A DNA stretch of 44,624 nt, counting the filler, from an uncultured virus (IMG/VR IMGVR_UViG_2061766007_003022) (taxonomy: Duplodnaviria > Heunggongvirae > Uroviricota > Caudoviricetes). It is 5 parts of one record of this genome, joined end to end, with 100 filler letters (N's around TTAATTAATTAA, not from the genome) between each part and the next. Parts side by side here need not be neighbours in the genome. Positions count along the whole stretch, not along the records: positions 21,179 to 31,652 come from IMGVR_UViG_2061766007_003022; positions 31,753 to 44,624 come from IMGVR_UViG_2061766007_003022; 3 more parts are not named here. One strand, written 5' to 3'. The notes under the pieces were generated by a model. That model was given only the letters and a program-made list of their open reading frames with translations, was not told the origin of the DNA and searched no databases. Shown piece after piece: positions 30,830 to 42,431 of this stretch. How positions within the stretch are numbered: position 1 is the stretch's first letter; every line of letters begins with the position of its first letter. Both the position numbers and the translations under genes were made by a program.

Positions 30830-31652
30830 TATACCTTGTTCTCGGTATCCTTACCATTCAACATGGCAAGGCCCGCGTCATCGAACTGGAAGGCACTGAA
30901 TGTCTTTGCACCGGCACCGGCAACAGCAGTCTTGACAGTGAGGTAGTCGCTGCCGGCATTCACTGCATCGGCACCTTCGCTGTAGATAAGCTGGGTCGGA
31001 CGGCCACTACCCTTGCTCACTGCCTCGAGAGTGAAGTCGTCTGCCGCCTCGATGGTGACCTTCTTGTCAACGATGTTGGTAACGACGAACTTGCCAAGAG
31101 ACTTGAGCGGTTCCATTGTGCCATACACGATATCGTCAACCGCGAAACCGACCTTGGTGGTGCAGGTCACGATGAGTGTACCGTCGGCGACATACCGGTC
31201 GTCGGTAGCATTGGGCTCGGAACTCAGCGGATAGGTGCTGTAGGCCCTGTTCGCGCCACTCGGGTCAGCGTTCATGATGCTGAAGAGCACCACGTCGGTA
31301 TCACCACGGGCAATACCGCCCTTGGAGACCCAGTGTTCCTTGGCATGGTAGTCCTCGGCCGCATCCAGGTTGAAGTCCACGTTACTGTTCTTGACGATAG
31401 TCTCCGCAATGTTGTTAATCTTGCGGGTGGCACCGTACTGAGAAGCACCGTCAACCTTGTAGCGGGTGGAAGCGAAGTACTCCATCTTCAGGGAGGTATG
31501 CTCCTTGTTCTCGCTGTTGTTGATAGCGTCACGGTCGAAGGCGACGACGTATGCGTCGGTCTTCAAGTCACGCTTCTTGTCGTCGGTCTTGTCGATTTCC
31601 TCGCCGTACGGGCGAACGAACTCAACGTGACCGCCGGCGTTGATAACGGCTC
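30830..31652 (-). CDS. Second-strain fragment of the sheath N-terminal region
   Basis: Collinear with about 29150-29950, with clustered amino-acid changes. Confidence 0.9.
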
Positions 31653-31752
31653 NNNNNNNNNNNNNNNNNNNNNNNNNNNNNNNNNNNNNNNNNNNNTTAA
31701 TTAATTAANNNNNNNNNNNNNNNNNNNNNNNNNNNNNNNNNNNNNNNNNNNN

Positions 31753-31942
31753 GTCGAAAGTATCGGACCTGGCGCACCGTGTATTCGCGGACAAGGAACT
31801 GATGACGGAATTCAGGAATACCTCGCATTCCGATAACGGACTTGTGCTATGTAAACTGATAGACACCATGTCCAGGTTTGATGATATCCCCATAACGGAC
31901 TGGATGCCTGAAATGATGGCGGCATTCCTGCTACATGCCAGT
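31753..31942 (+). repeat. Displaced strain copy of the giant-protein segment 35461-35650
   Basis: SKVSDLAHRVFADKELMTE…WMPEMMA shared. Confidence 0.85.
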
Positions 31943-31952
31943 NNNNNNNNNN

Positions 31953-33648
31953 ATATGACGACTGCACGGTCAGGTTCTTCGACGGCCGGGCACACACGAT
32001 GCCCATTGGGCTGATACCCAGGGTGACTCGGTATATCCGGAAGACCTACGGGGAGAGGGTGACTGTCAAGATTACACAGGCGATAAGGGAGATGTACACG
32101 CCCCCGCACGGGAAGATTCCCCCGGAGAGGATAGCGGCGTTCGCCGAGGGTCTCCACATGTACAACAAGGGGGAATACCTCGACGCGCTGGAGGAAGGCA
32201 AGGACGTGAAGAAGGAGGACTTCGCCCTCACGCTCCGTCCCCACCAGCTGAAGATTGCCGAGGAGGCGCTCAACCGGCGCAGGGTATCCATTTTGGCGTG
32301 TACCAGTGCCGGCAAGTCCATGTCAATCATGGTGATAGCCCGCTACCTGATGGAGCGGGAGAACCGGAAGGTCCTAATAATCGTTCCCAACGCGGCGCTG
32401 GTAGAGCAGATTTACGAGAACTTCTGGAAGGACTACGGCTGGGAGGAGGCCGAGTCGTTCTGCACGCTCATCCACGGGAAGTCCAAGGACAAGCTCCCGA
32501 AGAAGAAGATTGAGGAACTGAAGCGCCTCTCCATTGGGGAGGAGCTGACTCTCAAGAAGCTGACTATATCCACCTGGCAGTCTCTGAGGCTCAAGTCCGA
32601 CAGCTTCTTCACGGTGTTCGACGCGGTTCTTGTGGACGAGGCCCACTCGGCAAAGGGCGAGGAGCTCCGGGACATACTGGCCAAGTGCAAGAACGCCAAC
32701 AACCTAAAGGTCGGGTTCTCGGGCACGATTCCCGATGCGGAGCTGGGCGAGAACACTGACGGGGACTCCAACCACATCGACGCCGGGCTCATCGAGGGAG
32801 GACTCGGACCGAAGGTCGACGTGGTAAGGCTCCACGAGCTGATAGAGCAGGGAATACTTACCCCGCTCGAGGTCAAGTCGATATTCATCCCGTACCCGAT
32901 GCAGCTTCGCCCGGCGATATGTGCGTCGGCCACCAAGTACGATGTGGAACGCGGGATAGTCACCGAGAACAGTTCCCGCAAGGACGTCATCTCCATGCTG
33001 TTCGGGAGCAGGATAACGACGGACCAGAACACGGTCATCCTGTTCAACTTCAAGGAGCACCTCCACGAGTTCACCGATTTCATGAAGGAGCACTTCCCGC
33101 AGTTCACCTACCATATCGTCGAGGGCGATATCGACGCGGTGGAGCGCAACGAGATTAGTCACAAGGTGGAGAAGTCTACCGCGAACGTCATAGTAGCCAC
33201 GTACGGATGCATGAAGCAGGGCGTGAACATCAAGCTTCTCCATAACCTGGTCATGGCCGAGCCGACCAAGAGCTCCTACTCCGTCATACAGTCCATGGGC
33301 CGCATCGTCCGCAAGCACCCGGCAAAGAAGGTCGCCACCGTGTACGACCTGGTGGATGACGCCACGTACTACACCAACCCGAGGAATGGCGGCCCGGGAA
33401 ACATCAAGTACAACTACATGGTCCGCCACTACTACGAGCGGGTCAAGTACTATGCAGCCGAGTTCCTCCCCATCGAGGAGGTACACCTGGACGGGGTTTA
33501 CGAGGCCAAGGTCACTCCGGACGACATCAAGGCCCGCCGTGACAAGGCGGCCAAGTCCGCCGAGGAGTCGCAGGCCAAGAAGAAGTCTTCCAAGAAGAAG
33601 GCGGAAATTCCTGACCAGTACGGCGGAAGGACGCTGTTCACCCGGTAG
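31953..33648 (+). CDS. uvsW: UvsW-like SF2 DNA helicase, 5' end in gap
   Basis: LRPHQ, CTSAGKS, STWQSL, DEAH, GFSGT, GVNIK.LHNL, QSMGRIVR, YDLVDD, RHYYERVKYY. Confidence 0.93.
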
Positions 33649-33655
33649 AAAACTG

Positions 33656-33662
33656 ATAAACT
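33656..33662 (+). promoter_or_regulatory. ATAAACT putative late promoter
   Basis: Lies in the 21-nt gap between the uvsW stop and the ATG at 33670. Confidence 0.6.
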
Positions 33663-33669
33663 GCGTGAT

Positions 33670-36600
33670 ATGAAAAGCCTCCGCAGTTACATTCTCGAAA
33701 GTCANNNNNNNNNNNNNNNNNNNNNNNNNNNNNNNNNNNNNNNNNNNNNNNNNNNNNNNNNNNNNNNNNNNNNNNNNNNNNNNNNNNNNNNNNNNNNNNN
33801 NNNNNNNNNNNNNNNNNNNNNNNNNNNNNNNNNNNNNNNNNNNNNNNNNNNNNNNNNNNNNNNNNNNNNNNNNNNNNNNNNNNNNNNNNNNNNNNNNNNN
33901 NNNNNNNNNNNNNNNNNNNNNNNNNNNNNNNNNNNNNNNNNNNNNNNNNNNNNNNNNNNNNNNNNNNNNNNNNNNNNNNNNNNNNNNNNNNNNNNNNNNN
34001 NNNNNNNNNNNNNNNNNNNNNNNNNNNNNNNNNNNNNNNNNNNNNNNNNNNNNNNNNNNNNNNNNNNNNNNNNNNNNNNNNNNNNNNNNNNNNNNNNNNN
34101 NNNNNNNNNNNNNNNNNNNNNNNNNNNNNNNNNNNNNNNNNNNNNNNNNNNNNNNNNNNNNNNNNNNNNNNNNNNNNNNNNNNNNNNNNNNNNNNNNNNN
34201 NNNNNNNNNNNNNNNNNNNNNNNNNNNNNNNNNNNNNNNNNNNNNNNNNNNNNNNNNNNNNNNNNNNNNNNNNNNNNNNNNNNNNNNNNNNNNNNNNNNN
34301 NNNNNNNNNNNNNNNNNNNNNNNNNNNNNNNNNNNNNNNNNNNNNNNNNNNNNNNNNNNNNNNNNNNNNNNNNNNNNNNNNNNNNNNNNNNNNNNNNNNN
34401 NNNNNNNNNNNNNNNNNNNNNNNNNNNNNNNNNNNNNNNNNNNNNNNNNNNNNNNNNNNNNNNNNNNNNNNNNNNNNNNNNNNNNNNNNNNNNNNNNNNN
34501 NNNNNNNNNNNNNNNNNNNNNNNNNNNNNNNNNNNNNNNNNNNNNNNNNNNNNNNNNNNNNNNNNNNNNNNNNNNNNNNNNNNNNNNNNNNNNNNNNNNN
34601 NNNNNNNNNNNNNNNNNNNNNNNNNNNNNNNNNNNNNNNNNNNTAGGAAGGTGACCGGTGTGGGCGGACCGCATGACCGGTACAGCGGTGGATACTCGGC
34701 ACATACCAACTTCGGAGTGAAGGACTTCATCGGGGACGACAACGAGTTCGTCGATTACGTGATGGAAAACAAGCCGGCTCTCCTGGGAACTACCGAGAAG
34801 CGGACCCTGTTCTGGAAGACCGCGATACAGGAAGGGATAATTACGGTAGATGACATAAGGAAGCTATACGCCGATGGTTGCACGCTCAGCGACCTGGCTG
34901 ATAGGATTCCTGCGCTGAAAGAATACACTAAGACTGCCAAGTACCGTGTATGGGACCCGGACGAGAACGGCCGTGTCGATGAATCGCTGTTCGGGATGAA
35001 TTCGTTCGAGGTCGTATGTGCCGCATGTGACGGATGCCCGTTCTCCAAGGAAGAACTTCTTGAACTCATTAGGGAGGACAAGATAAGCCTCCCGGAGTTT
35101 GCCAATTATGATATCAAGCTCCTTACCCCGGACATACAGAAGGCGTTCGTCGAGGTGGGCAGTGGATACCGGAACAACCTCGGCATACTCATGGAGATTG
35201 CCGCGCAGGTTGCAACATTCGAGGTGGNNNNNNNNNNACCGGAGTTTGCCAACTATGACATCAAGCTCCTTACCCCGGACATACAGAAGGCGTTCGTCGA
35301 GGCGGGCGGTAGTTACCGGGACAATCTCGGCATACTCATGGAGATTGCCGCGCAGGTTGCGACATTCGAGGTGGCCGAGGATGCCATACTTGGCCTGATT
35401 ACTGGGAACCGCAAGCAATGGGATAAGTTCTTTACGTACTTGTCGACCGCTAATCCGCCATCGAAAGTATCGGACCTTGCTCACCGTGTATTCGCAGACA
35501 AGGAACTGATGACGGAACTCAGGAATACATGGTATTCCGATAACGGGTATGTGCTATGTAAACTGATAGACACCCTTTCCAGGTTTGAAGATATCCCCAT
35601 AACTGACTGGATGCCTGAAATGATGGCGACATTCCTGTCGCATGCCAGTGATAGATTTGATGACGATATCCTCGATAGTCTTGAAAAACTTGATACTTCC
35701 CGAGTGACAAAACTGTTGTGCCAGGTGCCTGCGCAGACCGTCTATAACATATTCAAGTCTATAAAGAATTCGTTCAACAGCCTGAACAAGATGGTCAAAC
35801 TGTCCCTCCGTTGCGGATGGGGCGACTTACTTGAGGACATCAATCACCGGGAGGACAATCTGCCGGAATTCGATATCGCATACACCACCAACACGGGTAA
35901 AAACAAGGACCGGTGCATAGATGCGGTTAGCAGGGTCCTGGCCCTCGGAAACTCGAAACAGGATAATGAATCCCAACCCTGGTGGCAGCATAACGAAATC
36001 TGTTCACATCAATCGCTCGCACATGCCCTTGTAGTATTTCCGGAAATCCTCGATTCGTTGGACTGGCTGCATAGCGTTCCCGCAACGGAGGCAATAAAGG
36101 ATACCTTGACCTATGGCAGGATTACCGATGTTCCCGACCATGCAGTTGATTCGTTCCTCACCAAGCTGGTTGGTTACGGGACTGAGCTGCTANNNNNNNN
36201 NNTGATACTCCCCGCGTGACAAAACTGCTGAGCCAGGTGCCTGAGCAGACCGTCTATAATATATTCAAGTCTATAAAGAATTCGTTTGAAAAACTGAACA
36301 AGATGGTCAAACTGTCTCTTCGCTGCGGATGGGGCGACTTACTTGAGGACATCAATAACCGGGTGGACAATCTGCCGGAATTCGATATCGCATACACTAC
36401 CAACACGGGTAAAAACAAGGACCGGTGCATAGATGTGGTTAGCAGGGCCCTGACCCTCGGAAATGAGCTCCAGGATAATGAATCCAAAACCTGGTGGCGG
36501 CATGACTACATATGTTCACTTCCATCGCTCGCACATGCCCTTGTAGTATTTCCGGAAATCCTCGATTCGTTGGACTGGCTGCATAGTGTTCCCGCAACGA

Positions 36601-39600
36601 AGGCAATAAAGGAGGCTTTGACATATGGCAGGATTACCGATGTTCCCGACCATACAGTTGATTCGTTCCTCACCAAGCTGGTTGGTTACGGGACTGAGCT
36701 GCTAGTGAATTCGGAAACTCCGGTCGAGGATAGTATTGCCGAGGAATGGGCCGGCGGCCAGTTTGATACTCTCCTGGACAGTATCATCAGCTTAGGTGAA
36801 CGGTTTGGACTGGATGCTGGGAAGTATTCCAAGGCATTGTCCGATATTCTGCTTGGGTGGATACGGATNNNNNNNNNNCAATTCGGAAACTCCAGTCGAT
36901 GACAGTATTGCCGAGGAGTGGGCCGGTGACAAGTATGATACCCTCCTGGACAATATCATCAGCTTAGCTGAACGGTTTGGGTTGGATGCCGGGAAGTATT
37001 CCAAGGCATTGTCCGATATTCTGCTTGGGTGGATACGGATTAGGATTGCATCGGATGCCAAGTCTGTAGAATATGATATACCTGACCTGCACGGGCAGGG
37101 GACCTGGGTATACTACCCCATGGAGCAGTGGCAGGAACTGGCCGAACAGTATGGGGGCAGGTTCACTGTCGGCTACATAATGCGTGGCGGGATGGGCCGT
37201 GGCCTTCCCACGGAGACTACATGGCCGGCACTTATTGACATACTTGCCAAATTGCCAACTAATGAACAGGACATAATCCTGTCTGAAATCGTCTCGTCAT
37301 TGCGGCAAACTGGTATACGGTCCCTTGTCAAGGAACTTACTGAGCACCTTGCAAACGGTACGCTNNNNNNNNNNGTTCATTCCGTCCGCCATGGCCAAGG
37401 CGCTGTTCAGCGTACTTCCATTGGTCGAGGCTACCAACATCAACAAGGACTTCCTTCTCAAGACGGCGGGTTCCCCCGAGGCTCTCGCAACGGCGAAGCA
37501 GTCGGTAAACACTGCGTGGGCCGCTGACGAGATGGACGGCATCGTCCGCAACCAGAACGTCAGGCAGAAGGTGCTCAATATCCTCTACCTGATGGAAATC
37601 CGCAAGCCCGGATTCACCAACCATGAAATCCTCAAGGGAATCCATGACCTGGCGATAGCCAACTCCCTCGAACAGCGATTCCTATCGAAGGTGAATTCGG
37701 ATACGTTGCCCGACGAGGCTGCAGAAACACTCATGTCGGCAACCCAGGCTGCCGTGCAGGCGGCAAAGGTATACCCGGACCTTACCGACGAGGAGGAGAA
37801 GGTATGGAACCGGGTGAAGCTATACCACGAGTTCCCGGACGGGTTCAAGTGGATTTATGCTGTGGATGCCAATGGCAGGATTGCACCGAGCATGCCCTCG
37901 AACATTACCCACAAGACGATGAACCACTGTGGAAATTCGCCCCGTGCCGGCTCCGACGACCAGTACTGGGAGCTGCGCGGACCTGACGGGAAGGCATACC
38001 TGACCGTAATCCTGAACCCTGCCGGTGAAATTCAGGAGTCGAAGTCGTGGGGAAACCAGGTCAACAAGTACCGCAAGCAGATTCTCCCGTATGTCAAGTG
38101 GTTCCTGATGGACAGGAAGGTGACCGGGGTGGGCGGACCGCATGACCGGTACAGCGGTGGATACTCGGCGCATACCAACTTCGGCGTGAAGGACTTCATC
38201 GGGGACGACAACGAGTTCGTCGATTACGTGATGGANNNNNNNNNNNNNNNNNNNNNNNNNNNNNNNNNNNNNNNNNNNNNNNNNNNNNNNNNNNNNNNNN
38301 NNNNNNNNNNNNNNNNNNNNNNNNNNNNNNNNNNNNNNNNNNNNNACTGAAAGAATACACGAAGACTGCCAAGTACCGTGTATGGGACCCGGACGAGAAC
38401 GGCCGTGTTGATGAATCGCTGTTCGGGATGAATTCGTTCGAAGTCGTATGTGCCGCTTGTGACGGATGCCCGTTCTCCAAGGAAGAACTTCTTGAACTCA
38501 TTAGGGANNNNNNNNNNNNNNNNNNNNNNNNNNNNNNNNNNNNNNNNNNNNNNNNNNNNNNNNNNNNNNNNNNNNNNNNNNNNNNNNNNNNNNNNNNNNN
38601 NNNNNNNNNNNNNNNNNNNNNNNNNNNNNNNNNNNNNNNNNNNNNNNNNNNNNNNNNNNNNNNNNNNNNNNNNNNNNNNNNNNNNNNNNNNNNNNNNNNN
38701 NNNNNNNNNNNNNNNNNNNNNNNNNNNNNNNNNNNNNNNNNNNNNNNNNNNNNNNNNNNNNNNNNNNNNNNNNNNNNNNNNNNNNNNNNNNNNNNNNNNN
38801 NNNNNNNNNNNNNNNNNNNNNNNNNNNNNNNNNNNNNNNNNNNNNNNNNNNNNNNNNNNNNNNNNNNNNNNNNNNNCATACGGTCCCTTGTCAAGGAACT
38901 TACTGAGCACCTTGCAAACGGTACGCTGACGCTTACGGTTACACAACTAACGGCACTGATGAAGCGGCAGATTATTCCGGCTAAGCTAATCAGGCAGCTC
39001 ATAGATAGCGGTCAGTCCGAGGGAATAGTGGAGGTAACCTCGGCCGAGGGCATTGCGGGTCTGGCCAACAGCTTACACAAGATGCTCAAGGTAACCTCCC
39101 TTCCGGACATCATAATGTCCGCCATGCGGTCTACTGTAAATTTCCTGTACAACCATCTTGGTGTGGCCAAGGGAAGATGGGGAATCGAGTGGGCGGCCGA
39201 TTCGGAACCATATGCCCGATATATGGCACAGCTGCTTAACAAGCTGACGGGCCGTCTCGACAAGTACTATCCGGCACAGGCATACTTGACATTGCTGTCG
39301 GACACCACCCTTATCAAGCGTATAGAAGATTTTATTGATATCAACAGGGCAGAAGAGTCCAAGGTGGACAGGATCCAGCGGCCGGTATGGTCATGCCAGG
39401 CCGAACGGGAAGTCTCGTATATTATCGGCATGCTGGAACGTCCCTACTACAGGGAGCTTGCCGAAAAGACNNNNNNNNNNNNNNNNNNNNNNNNNNNNNN
39501 NNNNNNNNNNNNNNNNNNNNNNNNNNNNNNNNNNNNNNNNNNNNNNNNNNNNNNNNNNNNNNNNNNNNNNNNNNNNNNNNNNNNNNNNNNNNNNNNNNNN

Positions 39601-40475
39601 NNNNNNNNNNNNNNNNNNNNNNNNNNNTAGACTGGGCGTCTCTCTCCTATCACATGTTCTACTCGCTCGCTTCCGACACCAACCGGAAGAAGTATGGTCT
39701 GCTCGATGCAGAGGGTGAGATAGAACTCTGGCGGTGCAAGATGATTACCCGTATCCTGCACTACGTATCCCTGTTCAACCCGAGACATGTCATCTTCGCG
39801 CTGGAAGGAAAGGCCGCCTGGCGCAGGAAGTTCGTTGAGGAATACTATTCCGCGCATTCCGATGTGTACTGGAACAAGACCGAGTACTACGTCATGTCCG
39901 ATAACCTGCTCTACATGGTACAGAAGGCAAAGGATGACGGCTTTGCCGTTACCAAGATGGACCTGAAGGTCCTCCCGGACCTTTCCGGCCTCAAGCACAG
40001 GAAGCTCGNNNNNNNNNNTTCCCTTCCGGACATCATAATGTCCGCCATGCGGTCTACCGTGAATTTCCTGTACGACCATCTTGGCGCGGTCAATGGAAAC
40101 TGGGGAGCCGAGTGGGCGGCCGATTCGGAACCGTATGCCCAATATATGGCACGGCTGCTTGACAAGCTGACGGACCGTCTCGACAAGTACTATCCGGCAC
40201 AGGCATACCTGGCATTGGTGTCTGACACCGACCTTCTCAAACGCCTGGAAGATTTTAATGATATCAACAAGGCAGAAGCGAACAAGTTGGACAGGAACCA
40301 GCGGCCGGTATGGACATGCCAGGCCGAACGGGAAGTCTCGGAGATTATCGGCATGCTGGAACGTCCCTACTACAGGGAGCTTGCCGAAAAGACAGTCAAC
40401 GAGAAATCGCCAAAGGCGAAGGGACGGAGGGCGCCGCGCTCTCGTAAGTCGAAGGGCGGTCTTCCGGAAATCTAA
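33670..40475 (+). CDS. One large protein (~1150-1200 aa when collapsed) present as overlapping strain fragments; probable internal virion protein
   Basis: Starts MKSLRSYILES. Fragments overlap end to end (37375-38235, 34644-35227, 35238-36192, 36203-36868, 36879-37364, 38877-39470, 40019-40475) and include a HEFPDGFKW…MNHCGN…ELRG…KSWGN…GGY…NF domain. Confidence 0.7.
39628..40008 (+). repeat. Displaced strain copy of the RNase H N-terminus
   Basis: DWASLSYHMFYS…KHRKL matches 40585-40965. Confidence 0.9.
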
Positions 40476-40477
40476 AT

Positions 40478-40491
40478 TTTTGCTATATTTG
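40478..40491 (+). promoter_or_regulatory. TTTTGCTATATTTG promoter upstream of RNase H
   Basis: Ends 4 nt before the ATG at 40496. Confidence 0.7.
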
Positions 40492-40495
40492 GTAC

Positions 40496-42391
40496 ATGGC
40501 TGCCAAGAAATCAGGATTCAGCCGGCTGTTCGACGAACCGCCGGTAACAAGTTATCACTATGTCGAGAACCGCCTGCTCGTGATAGACTGGGCGTCTCTT
40601 TCCTATCACATGTTCTATTCCATCGCGTCCGACGCGAACCGGAAGAAGTACGGGCTGCTCGATGCCGAGGGCGAGATAGAGCTATGGCGGTGCAAGATGA
40701 TTACCCGCATCCTGCACTACGTGTCCCTCTTCAATCCGAGACACGTCATATTCGCCCTTGAAGGGAAGGCCGCCTGGAGAAGGAAGTTCGTCGAGGACTA
40801 CTATTCCAAGCATTCCGAGGTCTACTGGAACAAGACGGAGTACTACGTCATGTCCGACAACCTGCTGTACATGGTGCGGAAGGCTAGCGACGACGGGTTC
40901 GCCGTCACCAAGATGGACCTCAAGATACTCCCGGACCTATCCGGGTTCAAGCACAGGAAGCTCGGGGAGATGCCCGAGAAGCAGCAGAGGATGTTCTGGG
41001 ACATACGGACGCCGACCGGCACCCCTATACTGCCCTCGTACAAGGGTCAGCGCAAGGCCAAGCCGTGGCTGTTCAGCATAGACAAGAAGGTGTGGGCGGC
41101 CTACCGTGAGCAGTTCGCCATGGAACTCGCTCCCCTGTTCAGGGCGAAGGCCGTGCAGTGCATACATGCCGAGGGTGACGACATGATTTACGCATCGGTG
41201 ATGAAGTATGCCGGCGAGTCTGACGATGTCATCGTTGTGACTAGAGACTCCGACATGGCCCAGATTGGGGTCAAGAACGTCAGGCTCTTCAACCACCAGA
41301 CGGATACATTCATGGTGAAGGACGACCCGGAAAAGTACCTTGACCACAAGGTGCTTACGGGAGACGACTCGGACAACATCAACGGCATTGCATTCGTGAA
41401 CCAGAAGGACGGAAAGTACAAGGCCGACAAGAAGACGCAGATATCCGATGGCGGTGCAACCACATTATTGGAAGCCTGCCCGAACATCTATACCACGGCC
41501 AAGGAGAACGGCTGGGNNNNNNNNNNCCGTACCCCGACCGGCACGCCCATACTTCCCTCGTACAAGGGGCAGCGCAAGGCCAAGCCGTGGCTGTTCAGCA
41601 TAGACAAGAAGGTGTGGGCCGCCTACCGCGAGCAGTTCGCCAAGGAGCTGGCTCCGTTGTTCAGGGCGAAGGCCGTACAGTGCATACATGCCGAGGGTGA
41701 TGACGTAATCTACGCCTCGGTGATGAAGTACGCCGGAGAGTCCGACGATGTCATCGTCATTACCCGCGACTCGGACATGGCGCAGATTGGCGTGAAGAAT
41801 GTAAGGCTGTTCAACCACCAGACGGATACTTTCATGGTGAAGGACGACCCGGCGAAGTACCTAGACCACAAGGTGCTTACCGGAGACGACTCGGACAATA
41901 TAAACGGCATCGCCTTCGTGAACCAGAAGGACGGAAAGTTCAAGCCGGACAAGAAGACCCAGATTTCCGACGGTGGCGCCATCGCGCTGCTGGAGGCCTG
42001 TCCGAACATATACACCACCGCCAAGGAGAACGGCTGGGTGGACCAGTATGACCGCAACCGCACCCTCATAGACCTGTCCCGCGTACCGGACGACGTGAAG
42101 AAGGAGATTGCCGCGGAGATGGACAAGCCGTACCCGGAGCTGGGTGGATTCGAACGGCTGGACTTCTGGGACATCCCGAATGCCGTACAGCGCCTATACA
42201 CTAGCCTGCAGGGGGTAGGCTTCTACACAGTGAACTCGTCAACGTCGAACACCAGGTTCAACCCGACCCTGTTCGCCCGACAGCAGGCTGAACTTGACCG
42301 CCCGATAGTGGATATCGGGGAGGACGACGTGATTACATCCCACAACATAGGGCTCGACAAGGAGCTTTCCGACATAGATGTCGACTTCTAG
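40496..42391 (+). CDS. rnh: T4-type RNase H / 5'-3' flap exonuclease (~460 aa once the strain duplication at 41517-41526 is collapsed)
   Basis: LLVID, WRR, SYKGQR, AEGDDMI, TRDSDMAQ, GDDSDNI and RNRTLIDL. Confidence 0.9.
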   Translation: MAAKKSGFSRLFDEPPVTSYHYVENRLLVIDWASLSYHMFYSIASDANRKKYGLLDAEGEIELWRCKMITRILHYVSLFNPRHVIFALEGKAAWRRKFVEDYYSKHSEVYWNKTEYYVMSDNLLYMVRKASDDGFAVTKMDLKILPDLSGFKHRKLGEMPEKQQRMFWDIRTPTGTPILPSYKGQRKAKPWLFSIDKKVWAAYREQFAMELAPLFRAKAVQCIHAEGDDMIYASVMKYAGESDDVIVVTRDSDMAQIGVKNVRLFNHQTDTFMVKDDPEKYLDHKVLTGDDSDNINGIAFVNQKDGKYKADKKTQISDGGATTLLEACPNIYTTAKENGWXXXXRTPTGTPILPSYKGQRKAKPWLFSIDKKVWAAYREQFAKELAPLFRAKAVQCIHAEGDDVIYASVMKYAGESDDVIVITRDSDMAQIGVKNVRLFNHQTDTFMVKDDPAKYLDHKVLTGDDSDNINGIAFVNQKDGKFKPDKKTQISDGGAIALLEACPNIYTTAKENGWVDQYDRNRTLIDLSRVPDDVKKEIAAEMDKPYPELGGFERLDFWDIPNAVQRLYTSLQGVGFYTVNSSTSNTRFNPTLFARQQAELDRPIVDIGEDDVITSHNIGLDKELSDIDVDF

Positions 42392-42400
42392 GCGAAATGG

Positions 42401-42408
42401 ACTAGTTT
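42401..42408 (+). promoter_or_regulatory. ACTAGTTT upstream motif (class 3)
   Basis: Intergenic, upstream of the GT92-like gene; AGAGG follows. Confidence 0.55.
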
Positions 42409-42431
42409 AGCAGGTACAGAGGTTACTAATT

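Noticed and set aside
1618..31708. Repeated palindromic TTAATTAATTAA as a biological repeat
   Set aside because: Always embedded in symmetric N runs; it is an artificial contig linker.
39387..40475. Fusion of RNase H N-terminus with the giant-protein C-terminus
   Set aside because: Chimera across N gaps; both parts have proper copies nearby.
40496..42391. Internally duplicated RNase H
   Set aside because: The repeat starts exactly at a 10-N junction and differs mostly silently, consistent with haplotype overlap.
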